Part shown: one piece after another, positions 18,989 through 29,400 of the stretch | Layout: each line of letters begins with the position of its first letter | Position numbering within the stretch: position 1 is the first letter of the stretch | DNA from: Bacteroidales bacterium | GTDB taxonomy: Bacteria; Bacteroidota; Bacteroidia; Bacteroidales; FEN-979 | Length of the DNA: 64,000 nt | Reading direction: 5' to 3' | NCBI GenBank assembly: GCA_017882335.1 | Contig: JADGPR010000008.1 | Span: 2,268-66,267, forward strand | Notes under the pieces: generated by a model | Databases searched by the model: none | What the model saw: only the letters and a program-made list of their open reading frames with translations | Told to the model about the DNA's origin: nothing | Translations under genes and position numbers: made by a program

Positions 18989-19531
18989 ATGAGAATCTTG
19001 AAAGACAGGTCCGCTGCGTTGATCATCGATATGCAGGAACGGTTGTATCCGTTCATTTTTGAAAATGAAATGCTCACAAAAAATGTATCGAAACTTATTG
19101 AGGGCCTGAAAATAATCGGGGTTCCTATTTTTATCACGGAACAATATGTGAAAGGGCTGGGACCAACCATCGAACCGGTTGCAACGCTTCTTGGAAGCCA
19201 TCCCCGCATTGAGAAAATGTCATTCAGCTGCTGCGACGAACCCCGCGTAATGGAAGGGATTGCCGTTACCGGAAAGGAAAACATCATCATCGCCGGCATT
19301 GAAAGCCATGTTTGCGTATTGCAAACCGTTATCGACCTCAAACGCAACGGATATCATCCCGTTATAGTGGAAGATTGTGTTTCTTCCCGCCATGAAAATG
19401 ACAAGAGGATGGCCATTGAACGGATGCGTCAGGAAGGTGCAATCATAACGACCTGCGAATCCATCTTGTTTGAACTCTTACGTTATTCCGGCACAGAACA
19501 ATTCAGGGGAATATCAAGACTTGTGAAATAA
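18989..19531 (+). CDS. Isochorismatase/cysteine hydrolase family protein (YcaC-like)
   Basis: IIDMQERL, TEQY.KGLGPT, EKMSFSC, GIESHVCVLQT. Confidence 0.9.
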   Translation: MRILKDRSAALIIDMQERLYPFIFENEMLTKNVSKLIEGLKIIGVPIFITEQYVKGLGPTIEPVATLLGSHPRIEKMSFSCCDEPRVMEGIAVTGKENIIIAGIESHVCVLQTVIDLKRNGYHPVIVEDCVSSRHENDKRMAIERMRQEGAIITTCESILFELLRYSGTEQFRGISRLVK

Positions 19532-19617
19532 ATTTGTAAAGTTTGTAAAGTTCATAAAGTTTAGAAAGGTTAGACATAATTATGAAGTATTGGCATTACA
19601 CCATTTCGCCATTTTAT

Positions 19618-19704
19618 ATTGCGAGGAGCGAAGCGACGAAGCAATCTCCTGTAGTTATCACAAACAATTGTCATTGCGAGGAGCGCAGCGACGAAGCAAC
19701 CCCC
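19618..19704 (+). repeat. Two direct copies of a ~33-bp REP-like element (GTC)ATTGCGAGGAGCGMAGCGACGAAGCAAYCYC
   Basis: Copies at 19618-19648 and 19670-19703; inverted partners at 22589-22672. Confidence 0.88.
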
Positions 19705-19730
19705 AGAGTAACTTCGCTATTTGATACCTT

Positions 19731-22553
19731 ATGGTCATTGATGAAATAAACAATACGAACGGGACTGAGAACGATAATCCGGAACTGGAATCGGGAGAAT
19801 TGCGGGGAGCGATCCATTTATCAGCTATGTACAAAGACTGGTTTCTGGATTATGCTTCCTATGTGATCCTCGAACGTGCGGTTCCGGAAGTTATGGATGG
19901 ATTGAAACCGGTTCAGCGACGCATCCTCCATGCCATGAAAGAGCTGGATGATGGCCGCTACAACAAGGTGGCTAACATCATCGGTCATACCATGAAATAC
20001 CATCCGCATGGAGATGCCTCCATAGGGGATGCATTGGTTCAGCTAGGACAGAAAGATCTGCTGATCGATACGCAAGGCAACTGGGGAAATGTACTCACAG
20101 GAGACAGTGCTGCTGCTCCGCGTTATATCGAAGCGAGGTTGTCGAAATTCGCCCTCGAAGTTTTATTCAACCCGAAAACAACCATCTGGAAGTCTTCATA
20201 CGATGGAAGAAACAAGGAACCCCTGGCATTGCCGGCCAAGTTTCCTTTGCTGCTTGCCCAGGGCGGGGAGGGTATCGCTGTTGGACTTGCTTCCAAGATC
20301 CTGCCTCATAATTTCAATGAACTGATCGATGCTTGTATAAAAATACTGCAGGATAAAGAATTTGAATTGTATCCGGATTTTCTCACAGGCGGATTTGTGG
20401 ATGTGTCAAAGTACAACGACGGCCAGCGGGGCGGGAAGATCCGCTCGCGTGCCAAGATGAGTCAGCTGGATAAAAAAACGCTGGTTATCACCGAAATTCC
20501 TTTTGGTACCACCACCAACTCCATCATTGATTCGATCCTGGCTGCCAATGATAAGGGGAAGATCAAGATCAAGAAAATCGATGACAATACCTCTCAGAAT
20601 GTTGAGATCCTGATCCAACTTGTCCCAGGAGTTTCACCGGATACGACCATGGATGCCCTTTATGCCTTCACCGATTGCGAGGTTTCCATTTCTCCCAATA
20701 CCTGTGTTATCGCGAACGGAAAACCAAGCTTCATGGGCGTCAGCGAGATCCTGCGGATCTCCACTGCATCGACCCTTGACTTGTTACGAAGAGAACTGGA
20801 GATCCGGAGGGATGAACTGAAAGAACAACTGCATTTTGCATCGCTCGAGAAGATCTTCATCGAAAAAGAGATCTACGAAGGGATCAAGAAATGCAAGACT
20901 GGCGAGGAGATCGACAAAGCCATCATCAGAGGATTTAAACCCTACCTCGACCTCCTGATCCGTCCGATCAACGAAGATGACCTGCATCGCTTGCGGAAGA
21001 TCCCCATCGAACGCATTTCGAAATTCAATTCCGATAAAGCCGACGAAAGTATCCGTGACATCGGTATCAACATAGAAGAAGTTGAAAATCATCTCGCCCA
21101 CCTTATCGATTATGCCATAGAATATTTCCGGCAAATCAAAAAGAAATATGGAAAAGGAAGAGACCGGAAGTCGGAGATCCGGAATTTCGATACCATTGAA
21201 GCCGTAAAGGTTGCGGCCGCCACCCAGCGGCTCTATGTAAACCGGGAAGAAGGATTTGCCGGTACATCGCTGCGGAAGGACGAATTTGTGACCGAATGTT
21301 CCGACATCGATGATATCATCGTCTTCCGCCAGAACGGAACTTTTGTGGTTACGAAAGTCATCGACAAAGTCTTTGTAGGGCAGGAGATCATCCACATTGC
21401 TGTCTTCAATAAAAATGATGAACGAACCGTTTACAACCTGATCTACCGTGATGGAAAGAATGGCAAGGTCAGGGTAAAGAGGTTCAATGTGATGGGCGTT
21501 ACCCGAGACAAGGAATATTTTATCACCAAAGGAACGCCCGAATCAAGAGTCCTTTATTTTACGGCGAATCCGAATGGTGAAGCAGAGATTGTCAGGGTTG
21601 AACTGCGCCCGAAACCGAGGCTGAAAAAATTGAATTTCGATTTTGATTTCACAACGGTTTCGATCAAAGGGCGGGGCTCTATGGGGAACATCCTGACCCG
21701 GTATGGCGTCAGAAAAATCGAACAACGCCAGGAAGGTGTTTCAACACTGGGCTCACGGTTGATCTGGTACGATGATACCGTCAAACGGCTCAATACCGAA
21801 GAACGGGGAATCATCCTGGGCGACTTCTCCGGGCCCGACCGGATCATCACTATCATGCAATCCGGTCATTACCGGCTCACTTCATATGATCTCAGTACTC
21901 ATTTCGATGAAGATATGATCCTCATTGAAAAATATAATCCTGAAAAAATATTCACTGCCATTTATGAAGATACGAAAACGAAATCGTTTTACGTTAAAAG
22001 GTTTATCATTGAAGTAACGGAACGGAAGATGGATTTTATCGGGGAAGAAGAGAAAAACAAGATTGTGTTGCTGACCGGCGATAAATATCCGAGGCTTGAC
22101 ATTGCTTTTGACATGAAGCTGAAGACCAAAGGTGCTGAGAAGGAAGTGATCACAGTACATGAATTCATCGGCGTTAAAGGCTTCAAGGCGAAGGGGAAAA
22201 GGATTTCTCTCCATGCTGTGAAGAAAATTGAATTCCTGGATCCTCTTCAGGTTGATGAACCTCTTCCCGACGTGCATGTTGAAGATGGAGGACAGAAAAC
22301 GGAGGTCAGAGGTCGGAAGACTGAGGATCAAGAATCGAGGATAGAGAATGGAGATCGGAAAACAGAGGTTAGGAGGCAGAAGGTTGATACTGGAGAAAAG
22401 AAAATAAAAAATGAAAAATTAAAAGTGAAAGACGATTTTCGGAAAGCGAAAAGCGAACAGCGAGGAACGAAAAGCCAAAAGCGAAAAGCGAAGGGTGAGG
22501 ATAAAAAAGAGGAGGATACGGGAGGTACAGTGCAGATGGAGCTTCCACTCTAG
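19731..22553 (+). CDS. parC: DNA topoisomerase IV subunit A (Bacteroidetes type) with a low-complexity C-terminal tail
   Basis: DGLKPVQRR, YHPHGDASIGDAL, GNWGN..TGD, AAPRYIEARL (catalytic Tyr); no GyrA box seen. Confidence 0.88.
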   Translation: MVIDEINNTNGTENDNPELESGELRGAIHLSAMYKDWFLDYASYVILERAVPEVMDGLKPVQRRILHAMKELDDGRYNKVANIIGHTMKYHPHGDASIGDALVQLGQKDLLIDTQGNWGNVLTGDSAAAPRYIEARLSKFALEVLFNPKTTIWKSSYDGRNKEPLALPAKFPLLLAQGGEGIAVGLASKILPHNFNELIDACIKILQDKEFELYPDFLTGGFVDVSKYNDGQRGGKIRSRAKMSQLDKKTLVITEIPFGTTTNSIIDSILAANDKGKIKIKKIDDNTSQNVEILIQLVPGVSPDTTMDALYAFTDCEVSISPNTCVIANGKPSFMGVSEILRISTASTLDLLRRELEIRRDELKEQLHFASLEKIFIEKEIYEGIKKCKTGEEIDKAIIRGFKPYLDLLIRPINEDDLHRLRKIPIERISKFNSDKADESIRDIGINIEEVENHLAHLIDYAIEYFRQIKKKYGKGRDRKSEIRNFDTIEAVKVAAATQRLYVNREEGFAGTSLRKDEFVTECSDIDDIIVFRQNGTFVVTKVIDKVFVGQEIIHIAVFNKNDERTVYNLIYRDGKNGKVRVKRFNVMGVTRDKEYFITKGTPESRVLYFTANPNGEAEIVRVELRPKPRLKKLNFDFDFTTVSIKGRGSMGNILTRYGVRKIEQRQEGVSTLGSRLIWYDDTVKRLNTEERGIILGDFSGPDRIITIMQSGHYRLTSYDLSTHFDEDMILIEKYNPEKIFTAIYEDTKTKSFYVKRFIIEVTERKMDFIGEEEKNKIVLLTGDKYPRLDIAFDMKLKTKGAEKEVITVHEFIGVKGFKAKGKRISLHAVKKIEFLDPLQVDEPLPDVHVEDGGQKTEVRGRKTEDQESRIENGDRKTEVRRQKVDTGEKKIKNEKLKVKDDFRKAKSEQRGTKSQKRKAKGEDKKEEDTGGTVQMELPL

Positions 22554-22588
22554 CTGGCGAGTTGGTGAGCTGGTGAGTTGTGATTTGT

Positions 22589-22672
22589 GGATTGCTTCGG
22601 CACGATGTGCCTCGCAATGACAAGGGGCTATTATACAAAGGAGATTGCTTCGTCGCTTAGCTCCTCGCAATG
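22589..22672 (-). repeat. Two copies of the same REP-like element, inverted relative to 19618-19704
   Basis: 22640-22672 reverse-complements to CATTGCGAGGAGCTAAGCGACGAAGCAATCTCC (1 mismatch to copy 1); 22589-22623 shares the arms with a different centre. Confidence 0.88.
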
Positions 22673-22721
22673 TGAAAAGCGAAAAGCGAATGGCCAAAAG
22701 CGAAAAGCGAATTATTTGACG

Positions 22722-23927
22722 ATGACGGATAATAAGATTATAAAAGTAAGTGAAGATGTGACCTGGATCGGTGTTCTTGATCCGGATATTGTTACGTTCG
22801 ACATCGTGATGGAGACCCGTTATGGAACTACCTATAATTCTTATTTTATCAACGCCGAGAAGAAAGTGGTCGTAGAGACGGTGAAAGAGCCGTTCTGGGA
22901 TACTTATCTGAAAAAGCTTAAGAAAGTAGTGGATCCTGCCACCATCGACTACATCGTAATGAATCATACCGAGCCGGATCATTCCGGGTGTCTGGCAAAT
23001 CTTCTGAAACTCGCTCCGCATGCAATAGTGGTGGGTTCAGGCAACGGAATACGTTACCTGAAAGAACTTCTGGGCTTTGATTTCCCGAACCTGGTCGTAA
23101 AAGACGGGCAGATACTTGACCTCGGAAACAAGAAATTGCAGTTTGTGGGTGCAGCCAACCTCCACTGGCCCGATTCCATGCTGACCTACCTCTGGGAAGA
23201 TCAGCTCCTGTTTACCTGTGATGTATTTGGCGAACATTATTGCAATGCTTCGCTGTTTGATGATCTTGCAGGCGATTTCGATGATGCTTTCCGGTATTAT
23301 TTTGAAGTGATCATGAAACCATACAGCAAGTTCATGATCCATGCTATAGAGAAGATCCGCCCGCTTCCGATACGGGCCATCTGTACTGGTCACGGGGTGG
23401 TTCTGCGAAAAAACTGGAGAAAATATGTGGATCTTACTGAACAGTATGCCCTGGAAGCTTTAAAAGAACCCGTCCCGAATACAGTCTTCCTGGCCTATGT
23501 TTCGGCATACCGGAATACAGGTATTATAGCCTCGGCCATAGCGGACGGCATCCGTCAGGCTGGGGCCATCGAGGTTGACCTTTGTGATATTGAAAAGATG
23601 GATCTCTCTGAAATCGAAAAGAAGCTGATCCATTCCTCATCGGTCATTCTCGGTTGTCCGACCTTCAACCAGAACATCCTCTTACCCATCTATCAGGTTT
23701 TTGCACTGGCCAACCCGATACGCGACAAAGGCAAACTGGCTGCGGCTTTTGGTTCTTATGGATGGAGCGGGGAAGGCGCCAGGCTTATTAACTCCAACCT
23801 GGCAAACCTGAAATTCAGGTTGTTTGATGAAGGCCTGATGGTGAAGTTCACCCCGCACAAGAAAACCCTTGAAAAATGTGTTGAATATGGAAAAGCCTTC
23901 GGGGTTAGACTGCTGGAAAAAGAGTAA
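22722..23927 (+). CDS. fprA: Flavodiiron protein (FprA, O2/NO reductase)
   Basis: GTTYNSY, NHTEPDHSG, LHWPDSM, flavodoxin domain with FGSYGWSGEG. Start moved to MTDNKII because the upstream part is repeat-derived. Confidence 0.92.
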   Translation: MTDNKIIKVSEDVTWIGVLDPDIVTFDIVMETRYGTTYNSYFINAEKKVVVETVKEPFWDTYLKKLKKVVDPATIDYIVMNHTEPDHSGCLANLLKLAPHAIVVGSGNGIRYLKELLGFDFPNLVVKDGQILDLGNKKLQFVGAANLHWPDSMLTYLWEDQLLFTCDVFGEHYCNASLFDDLAGDFDDAFRYYFEVIMKPYSKFMIHAIEKIRPLPIRAICTGHGVVLRKNWRKYVDLTEQYALEALKEPVPNTVFLAYVSAYRNTGIIASAIADGIRQAGAIEVDLCDIEKMDLSEIEKKLIHSSSVILGCPTFNQNILLPIYQVFALANPIRDKGKLAAAFGSYGWSGEGARLINSNLANLKFRLFDEGLMVKFTPHKKTLEKCVEYGKAFGVRLLEKE

Positions 23928-23970
23928 CCGGCGTTAATAATGATTTACCCATAATCTTTAAATCTGAAAA

Positions 23971-24819
23971 TTGAATCGAAAAAAAATGTACTGCAGATTA
24001 TTATTCCCGGGATTGCTGCTTCTGCTGATCTTTCCATCATGTACTATGGAGAAAAAACTGGGAATGGAATTTCTGGCCCAAACACCACAGATCAGCATCG
24101 AGGTTTATACTCCTCTAAACCTTTATAAGTTCAGTCATAAGGGGGAAAAGATCCCCGGCTTTGATTCTCTTTCCGGCCCACAGCAGGATTCAGTCTTGTA
24201 TGCCAGCAGCCGTTTTATCCGTGTTGTCGATGATTCAACTTTTCTCGATAAGTATGTCAATGCCTTTATCGATGAACTCCGGGGAATAGGATTCCGGGTG
24301 TTTGTGGATAGCAATGTAGATACGATCCTAAGGACAGAGCCACAGGCCTACGTCGTGAATATGTCTCAGGTCCAGTTGGATGAATATTTCGCACCTTATG
24401 CAGATTCTGAGCCTGTTGGCGACACCGTTTTTTATAAATCCTTTGAATTAAATGCCGTGGATGTTTCTTCCTGGTTCGAGTTGAATAAATACAACGCGGT
24501 AAAACCCGTCAAAAAGGTGCTTTATTCCAGCTTTACCGCTTCAGATGGTTTTACCGGCGACTTTATCATGAATAATTTCAATATGAACCTTCAGTACCGG
24601 TACAAAATCGATTCACTGAAACTGAACGACATTTATGACCTGGCTTCCTTCTCCGGCCGGCGCGATGCTAACTACCTCTTTGATTATTTCATGAACCAGT
24701 ATATCTCCTTTCAGATGCCTGAGAACATGGAAATATTGGGATACTTGCATTATACCCCTTCCCGGAAATCCTTCAATTTTACCGATGAAGAAAAATTCGA
24801 GGTGTTGAAGAACAAATAA
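23971..24819 (+). CDS. Hypothetical lipoprotein
   Basis: Leader LLLLLIFPSC (lipobox); start could be at 23986. Confidence 0.65.
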   Translation: MNRKKMYCRLLFPGLLLLLIFPSCTMEKKLGMEFLAQTPQISIEVYTPLNLYKFSHKGEKIPGFDSLSGPQQDSVLYASSRFIRVVDDSTFLDKYVNAFIDELRGIGFRVFVDSNVDTILRTEPQAYVVNMSQVQLDEYFAPYADSEPVGDTVFYKSFELNAVDVSSWFELNKYNAVKPVKKVLYSSFTASDGFTGDFIMNNFNMNLQYRYKIDSLKLNDIYDLASFSGRRDANYLFDYFMNQYISFQMPENMEILGYLHYTPSRKSFNFTDEEKFEVLKNK

Positions 24820-24831
24820 TTTCTGTGTTGC

Positions 24832-25482
24832 ATGACACATGATGAATCCCGGTTATACAGAACAGCGCTTTTCCTTAGCCTGTTCACGATCCTCTACAAT
24901 GTTCTGGAAGGAATCGTCTGCATGTATTTTGGTTATGAAGATGAAACCCTCACACTTTTTGGCTTTGGTGCTGACAGCTTTATAGAAGTTGTTTCAGGAT
25001 TAGGGATTTTCCAGATGATCTTGCGGATCCGCAAGCATCCCGACACTGCAGTCAGTAAATTTGAGATCAGGGCACTCAGGATCACCGGTGTCGGTTTCCT
25101 TGCCCTGGCCTTGGGATTGATGGCCGGGATCGTCGTGAACCTGGTAGCGCAACACAAGCCTGAAAGCACCCTATGGGGAACCATCATTTCATCCATTTCC
25201 ATCGTGGTTATGCTTTGGTTGGTCATCTCGAAGCGGCGTGTTGGCCGGAAACTGGATTCGAACGCCATCCTTGCAGATGCCGCCTGCAGCCAGGTTTGCA
25301 TTTACATGTCGCTGGTACTGCTGGTCTCAAGTGCATTGTATCAACTCACCGGTTTTGCTTATGCCGATGTTCTGGGTTCAGCAGGACTGATCTGGTTTTC
25401 CCTGGCCGAAGGGAAGGAAGCGCTTCAAAAGGCAAAAGAGCGGAAATACTCAGCTTGTTTCTGTTCGGATGAGTCAAAATGA
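24832..25482 (+). CDS. Cation efflux (CDF-like) membrane protein lacking the cytoplasmic CTD
   Basis: YNVLEG, FGADSFIEV, AILADA; six TM segments. Confidence 0.7.
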   Translation: MTHDESRLYRTALFLSLFTILYNVLEGIVCMYFGYEDETLTLFGFGADSFIEVVSGLGIFQMILRIRKHPDTAVSKFEIRALRITGVGFLALALGLMAGIVVNLVAQHKPESTLWGTIISSISIVVMLWLVISKRRVGRKLDSNAILADAACSQVCIYMSLVLLVSSALYQLTGFAYADVLGSAGLIWFSLAEGKEALQKAKERKYSACFCSDESK

Positions 25483-26490
25483 ACTGCGGGCATAGGGCGC
25501 TACCGAGAGGTTTGCAAAATCATTGTTACAGTATTTGAAATACCCCGTGATGGCAATCATGGCTGCATTATCTGTGGAATATTCCAGCCGTGGAATAAAA
25601 ACATTCCAATTAAAGTCGTCCTGAGCTTTCAGCAGAGCCGCACGCAATGAAAAATTGGCAGAAACACCGCCGGCAATAGCGATCTCACGGATACCCGTGA
25701 GGTCGGCAGCGGTTTTTACTTTCTGCAGGAGTATATCGACGATGACCGACTGAATGGATGCACAGAGATCGGCCTTGTTCTTTTCAATAAAATCAGGATC
25801 TTTTTTTAAATGATCCCGTAGAAAATAAAGGATGGAGGTCTTTAGTCCGCTGAAGCTGAAATCGAGTCCTGGAATGTTAGGCTTTGAAAAACGAAAGGCA
25901 TCCGGATTTCCTTCTTTCGCGTAAGCATCTATCATTGGCCCGCCGGGATAGGGAAGTCCCATAATCTTGGCAGTCTTGTCGAAAGTTTCGCCGGCAGCAT
26001 CATCGATCGTCCGGCCGATAACCTGGAAATCGAAAGGACTTTTCACTACGGTGATCTGCGTATGTCCACCTGATACCGTCAGGCAAAGGAAGGGAAAAAC
26101 AGGGACGGGTTTAGAGCTGGTATCATCTCTCAGGAAATGCGCCAGGATGTGGGCCTGAAGGTGATCCACTTCAATAATGGGGATCTTCAATCCAAGGGAA
26201 AAAGATTTTGCAAAGGAAATCCCGACAAGCAGTGAACCGAGCAACCCCGGACCCCTTGTAAATGCGACGGCGGAAAGCTGATTTTTACTTATATTTGCTT
26301 CCTGTATGGCAGCCTGTATCACGGGAATGATATTCTGCAGGTGTGCCCTGGAAGCCAGTTCGGGGACCACCCCACCGAAGTTCCGGTGTACCTCTTGGTT
26401 TGCTGTTACATTTGAAAGTAGGCGATCATCCAAAGTAACAGCTGCAGCTGTATCATCACAGGAAGATTCGATGCCCAGAATGTAGATCAT
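25474..26490 (-). CDS. tsaD: tRNA t6A threonylcarbamoyltransferase TsaD
   Basis: ILGIESSCDDT, GGVVPELASRAH, GPGL.GSL, HLQAH, SGGHT, DDAAGE, FSFSGLKT, TDNAAMI. Confidence 0.97.
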   Translation of the reverse strand: MIYILGIESSCDDTAAAVTLDDRLLSNVTANQEVHRNFGGVVPELASRAHLQNIIPVIQAAIQEANISKNQLSAVAFTRGPGLLGSLLVGISFAKSFSLGLKIPIIEVDHLQAHILAHFLRDDTSSKPVPVFPFLCLTVSGGHTQITVVKSPFDFQVIGRTIDDAAGETFDKTAKIMGLPYPGGPMIDAYAKEGNPDAFRFSKPNIPGLDFSFSGLKTSILYFLRDHLKKDPDFIEKNKADLCASIQSVIVDILLQKVKTAADLTGIREIAIAGGVSANFSLRAALLKAQDDFNWNVFIPRLEYSTDNAAMIAITGYFKYCNNDFANLSVAPYARSSF

Positions 26491-26499
26491 TGTTGTTAA

Positions 26500-29400
26500 T
26501 TGGATGAGCTGTTCACGGATTCGAAATACAAAATTACCATAAAAAGGGTCACAAAAATATTGATTTATATCCTGGTGGTGCTGATCTCCTTTATTACCAC
26601 CAGCTATCTCGTTTTACGGGATCCCTGGGTACAAACCCTGTCGGCAAGGATCGCTTCGCATTACCTGTCGGTTCATCTTCATACGGAAATCAGGATCGGG
26701 GGATTTGATCTTTCCTTCGGGCGTGGACTTACCATGGAGGACATTGTTATCCGCGACCAGCATCAGGTGGAACTCTTCTCCGCCCATAAACTCAGCATTA
26801 TCCCCGGAAAATTCAGCCTGTCAAAAAAGATCCTCAATTTCAGAAAGGTATTTATCGACAAAGGACTGATCCAGCTCCTGACACACAAAGGCGACACCGT
26901 TCTAAACCTTCAGTTTATCATTGACTATTTTACTCCAAAGGCTACATTGAAACCGCCGGATACCATCGGCCCCAAATGGCATCTCTCCATAACGGCGCTT
27001 CAGCTTTCGTCAACCCGGTTTCATCTCCAGGATGAGAATAAACCGCTGGTAACGTTGGGGATGGACTATTCAAATATTGATGTTCGGAACATTAACTTCC
27101 TGATCACCGGTTTCCATCCGGATGGTGATACACTGATTGCCAGGATCGAACGGCTTTCGGCTACCGAACGCTCGGGTTTTTCGGTTCATTCCATGAGCGG
27201 TGATTTCCAGGTCAGTCCTGCTTTCCTGAAGGCGCATAACTTGAAGCTTGTGACCAATCACAGTGAACTCGACCTGACATTTGACTTTTTATATGACCGG
27301 TGGAATGATTACACCGATTTCCTGAACAAAGTACGCATCCGGGCATCTATAAATCCGTCTTATCTGGATCTCCAGGACATCGGGGCATTTGCTCCGGTAA
27401 TGTATGTGATGAAAGACCGGTTTAAGATGGAAGGAAAGATAAAAGGAACAGTCAGCAATTTCAATGCAAAAGATTTCCGGTGCGCCTACGGAACCGAAAC
27501 AAGGTTCTGGGGAAATATCCATGCATATGGCCTCCCAAATGTGGAAGAAACCTTCGTGGATCTCAACATAAAGGATTTTGTAACCAACAAGGAGGATATT
27601 CACTCCCTGAATCTTCCTATCGCCGATAAAAACCTGGATCTTCCGGCTTTTCTGAAGAATGCAGGAACATATAACCTGAAAGGAAATTTCACCGGTTTCT
27701 ATAACGATTTTGTGGCAAATGCAAGGCTTCGTACGGATATCGGCGATCTGAAAACGGATCTTACCCTTCGAAAACACAAGGGAGTAAAAGGACTGTTCTA
27801 CACCGGCGAAGCGGATATTACCAGTCTGCAGCTCGGTAAACTTTTTAAATCAAATGAATTGCTTGGACCCATATCACTCCGGGCTGATCTGAATGGCAGT
27901 GGCTTCACACTCGAGGATGCTATTGTGACGATGAATGTATGGATTGATTCTGTCAGTCTGAATAAATATACATATCGCCACATTACCATACAAGGAGGGT
28001 TGGAGGATAAGAAATTTAACGGCAGGATGAATGTGGATGATCATAACCTCAGGCTCGATTTCAACGGACTTGTGGATATGGGCGATTCCCTGCCGGCCTT
28101 CAATTTTGATTTGATGTTGAATCATGCCCAACTGTTTGCAATGAACCTGGTGAAACGGGATTCGCTGGAAGATCTTTCGGCCCATGTCAAGGTGGATTTT
28201 ACCGGAAACAATATTGACAACATTGAAGGAACAATCCATATCGATAGCACACGGTACTGTGAAGGACATGATACGATCCGTATGAATCATCTTTCGCTTC
28301 TGACCTCTAGGGATGCAAAAAACAACAAATCCTACCATCTTCTTTCGGATTTTGTGGATGCCGATATTTCGGGAAACTTCTACTTCAGCGACATGATCCC
28401 CTCACTTACTTCCTTCATCACAAATTACATAGCTTCCTTTGAACTTAATGATTCACTCATCGACCACCATCCTTCCACTAACCAGCAGATCAATTATGTT
28501 GTCAAACTGAAGAAAACGGACCCCATTATGAAAGTCTTCGTCCCTTTTCTGAGGATGGCTCCCAATACCAACTTCGAAGGATATTACAATGAAAACGAAG
28601 GGATGATCGCCTTGACTGGATCTTCACCGGACATTTCCCTTTTTGGAAAACACTTTGCAGGTTGGTTTATCAAGGCTACAAGCCGGCAGGAGAATCTCAA
28701 CATCCAGACGGGTTGTAGCAGGTTTTATATATTCAGGGGAGAGAAACTGGATTCTGCACTGATCATGATGGATTCGTTACACCTGGTCTCAAACCTGCAT
28801 CACGACAGCATCTTTTATGACATTTCCTGGAATATGGAAAAAATACAAAGTGACCTGGGCGGATTTGTCAACCTCAAGAACAGTCCTGTTATCCAGGTCA
28901 AACTGACGCGTTTCCACACTTATATTGATCACCACTACTGGACAGTTGCGAAGGAGAATGAAGTGATCATCGACAGTTCTACGATACTGTTTCGTGATGT
29001 TGCTTTTGAGTCGGGTGAACAAAAACTGCAAGTCGACGGAAAGATCTCCAGCCTCCCGGAAGATACTTTGCGGTTGAATTTCAATAAGGTGGATATTTCC
29101 GATCTTGACTATTTCCTGGCAAATCCGCAGATCAATGTCGACGGCATCTTGAGTGGCAGCCTGAAACTGATGAATATACCACATTCCCTTACTGTCCTCT
29201 CGGATCTCAGTATCGATAGCCTCGCTTTCAATAAGGAACAATTGGGTGATGCAAAGTTCAACGTGTTTTATGACGACAAGGCGGAACGGTTTGATGTGGA
29301 TTCCCGGATCTATTATACAGGGAATGCCGGAACCAACATTCCCCTTTCGCTGAAAGGAAGTTATTACCTCGGTAAGCCGGAACCTCATATGAATTTTAAC

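Noticed and set aside
22587-22721. 45-aa N-terminal extension of FprA in the ORF track
   Set aside because: It consists of REP-like and AAAAGCG repeats; the family N-terminus starts at ATG 22722.
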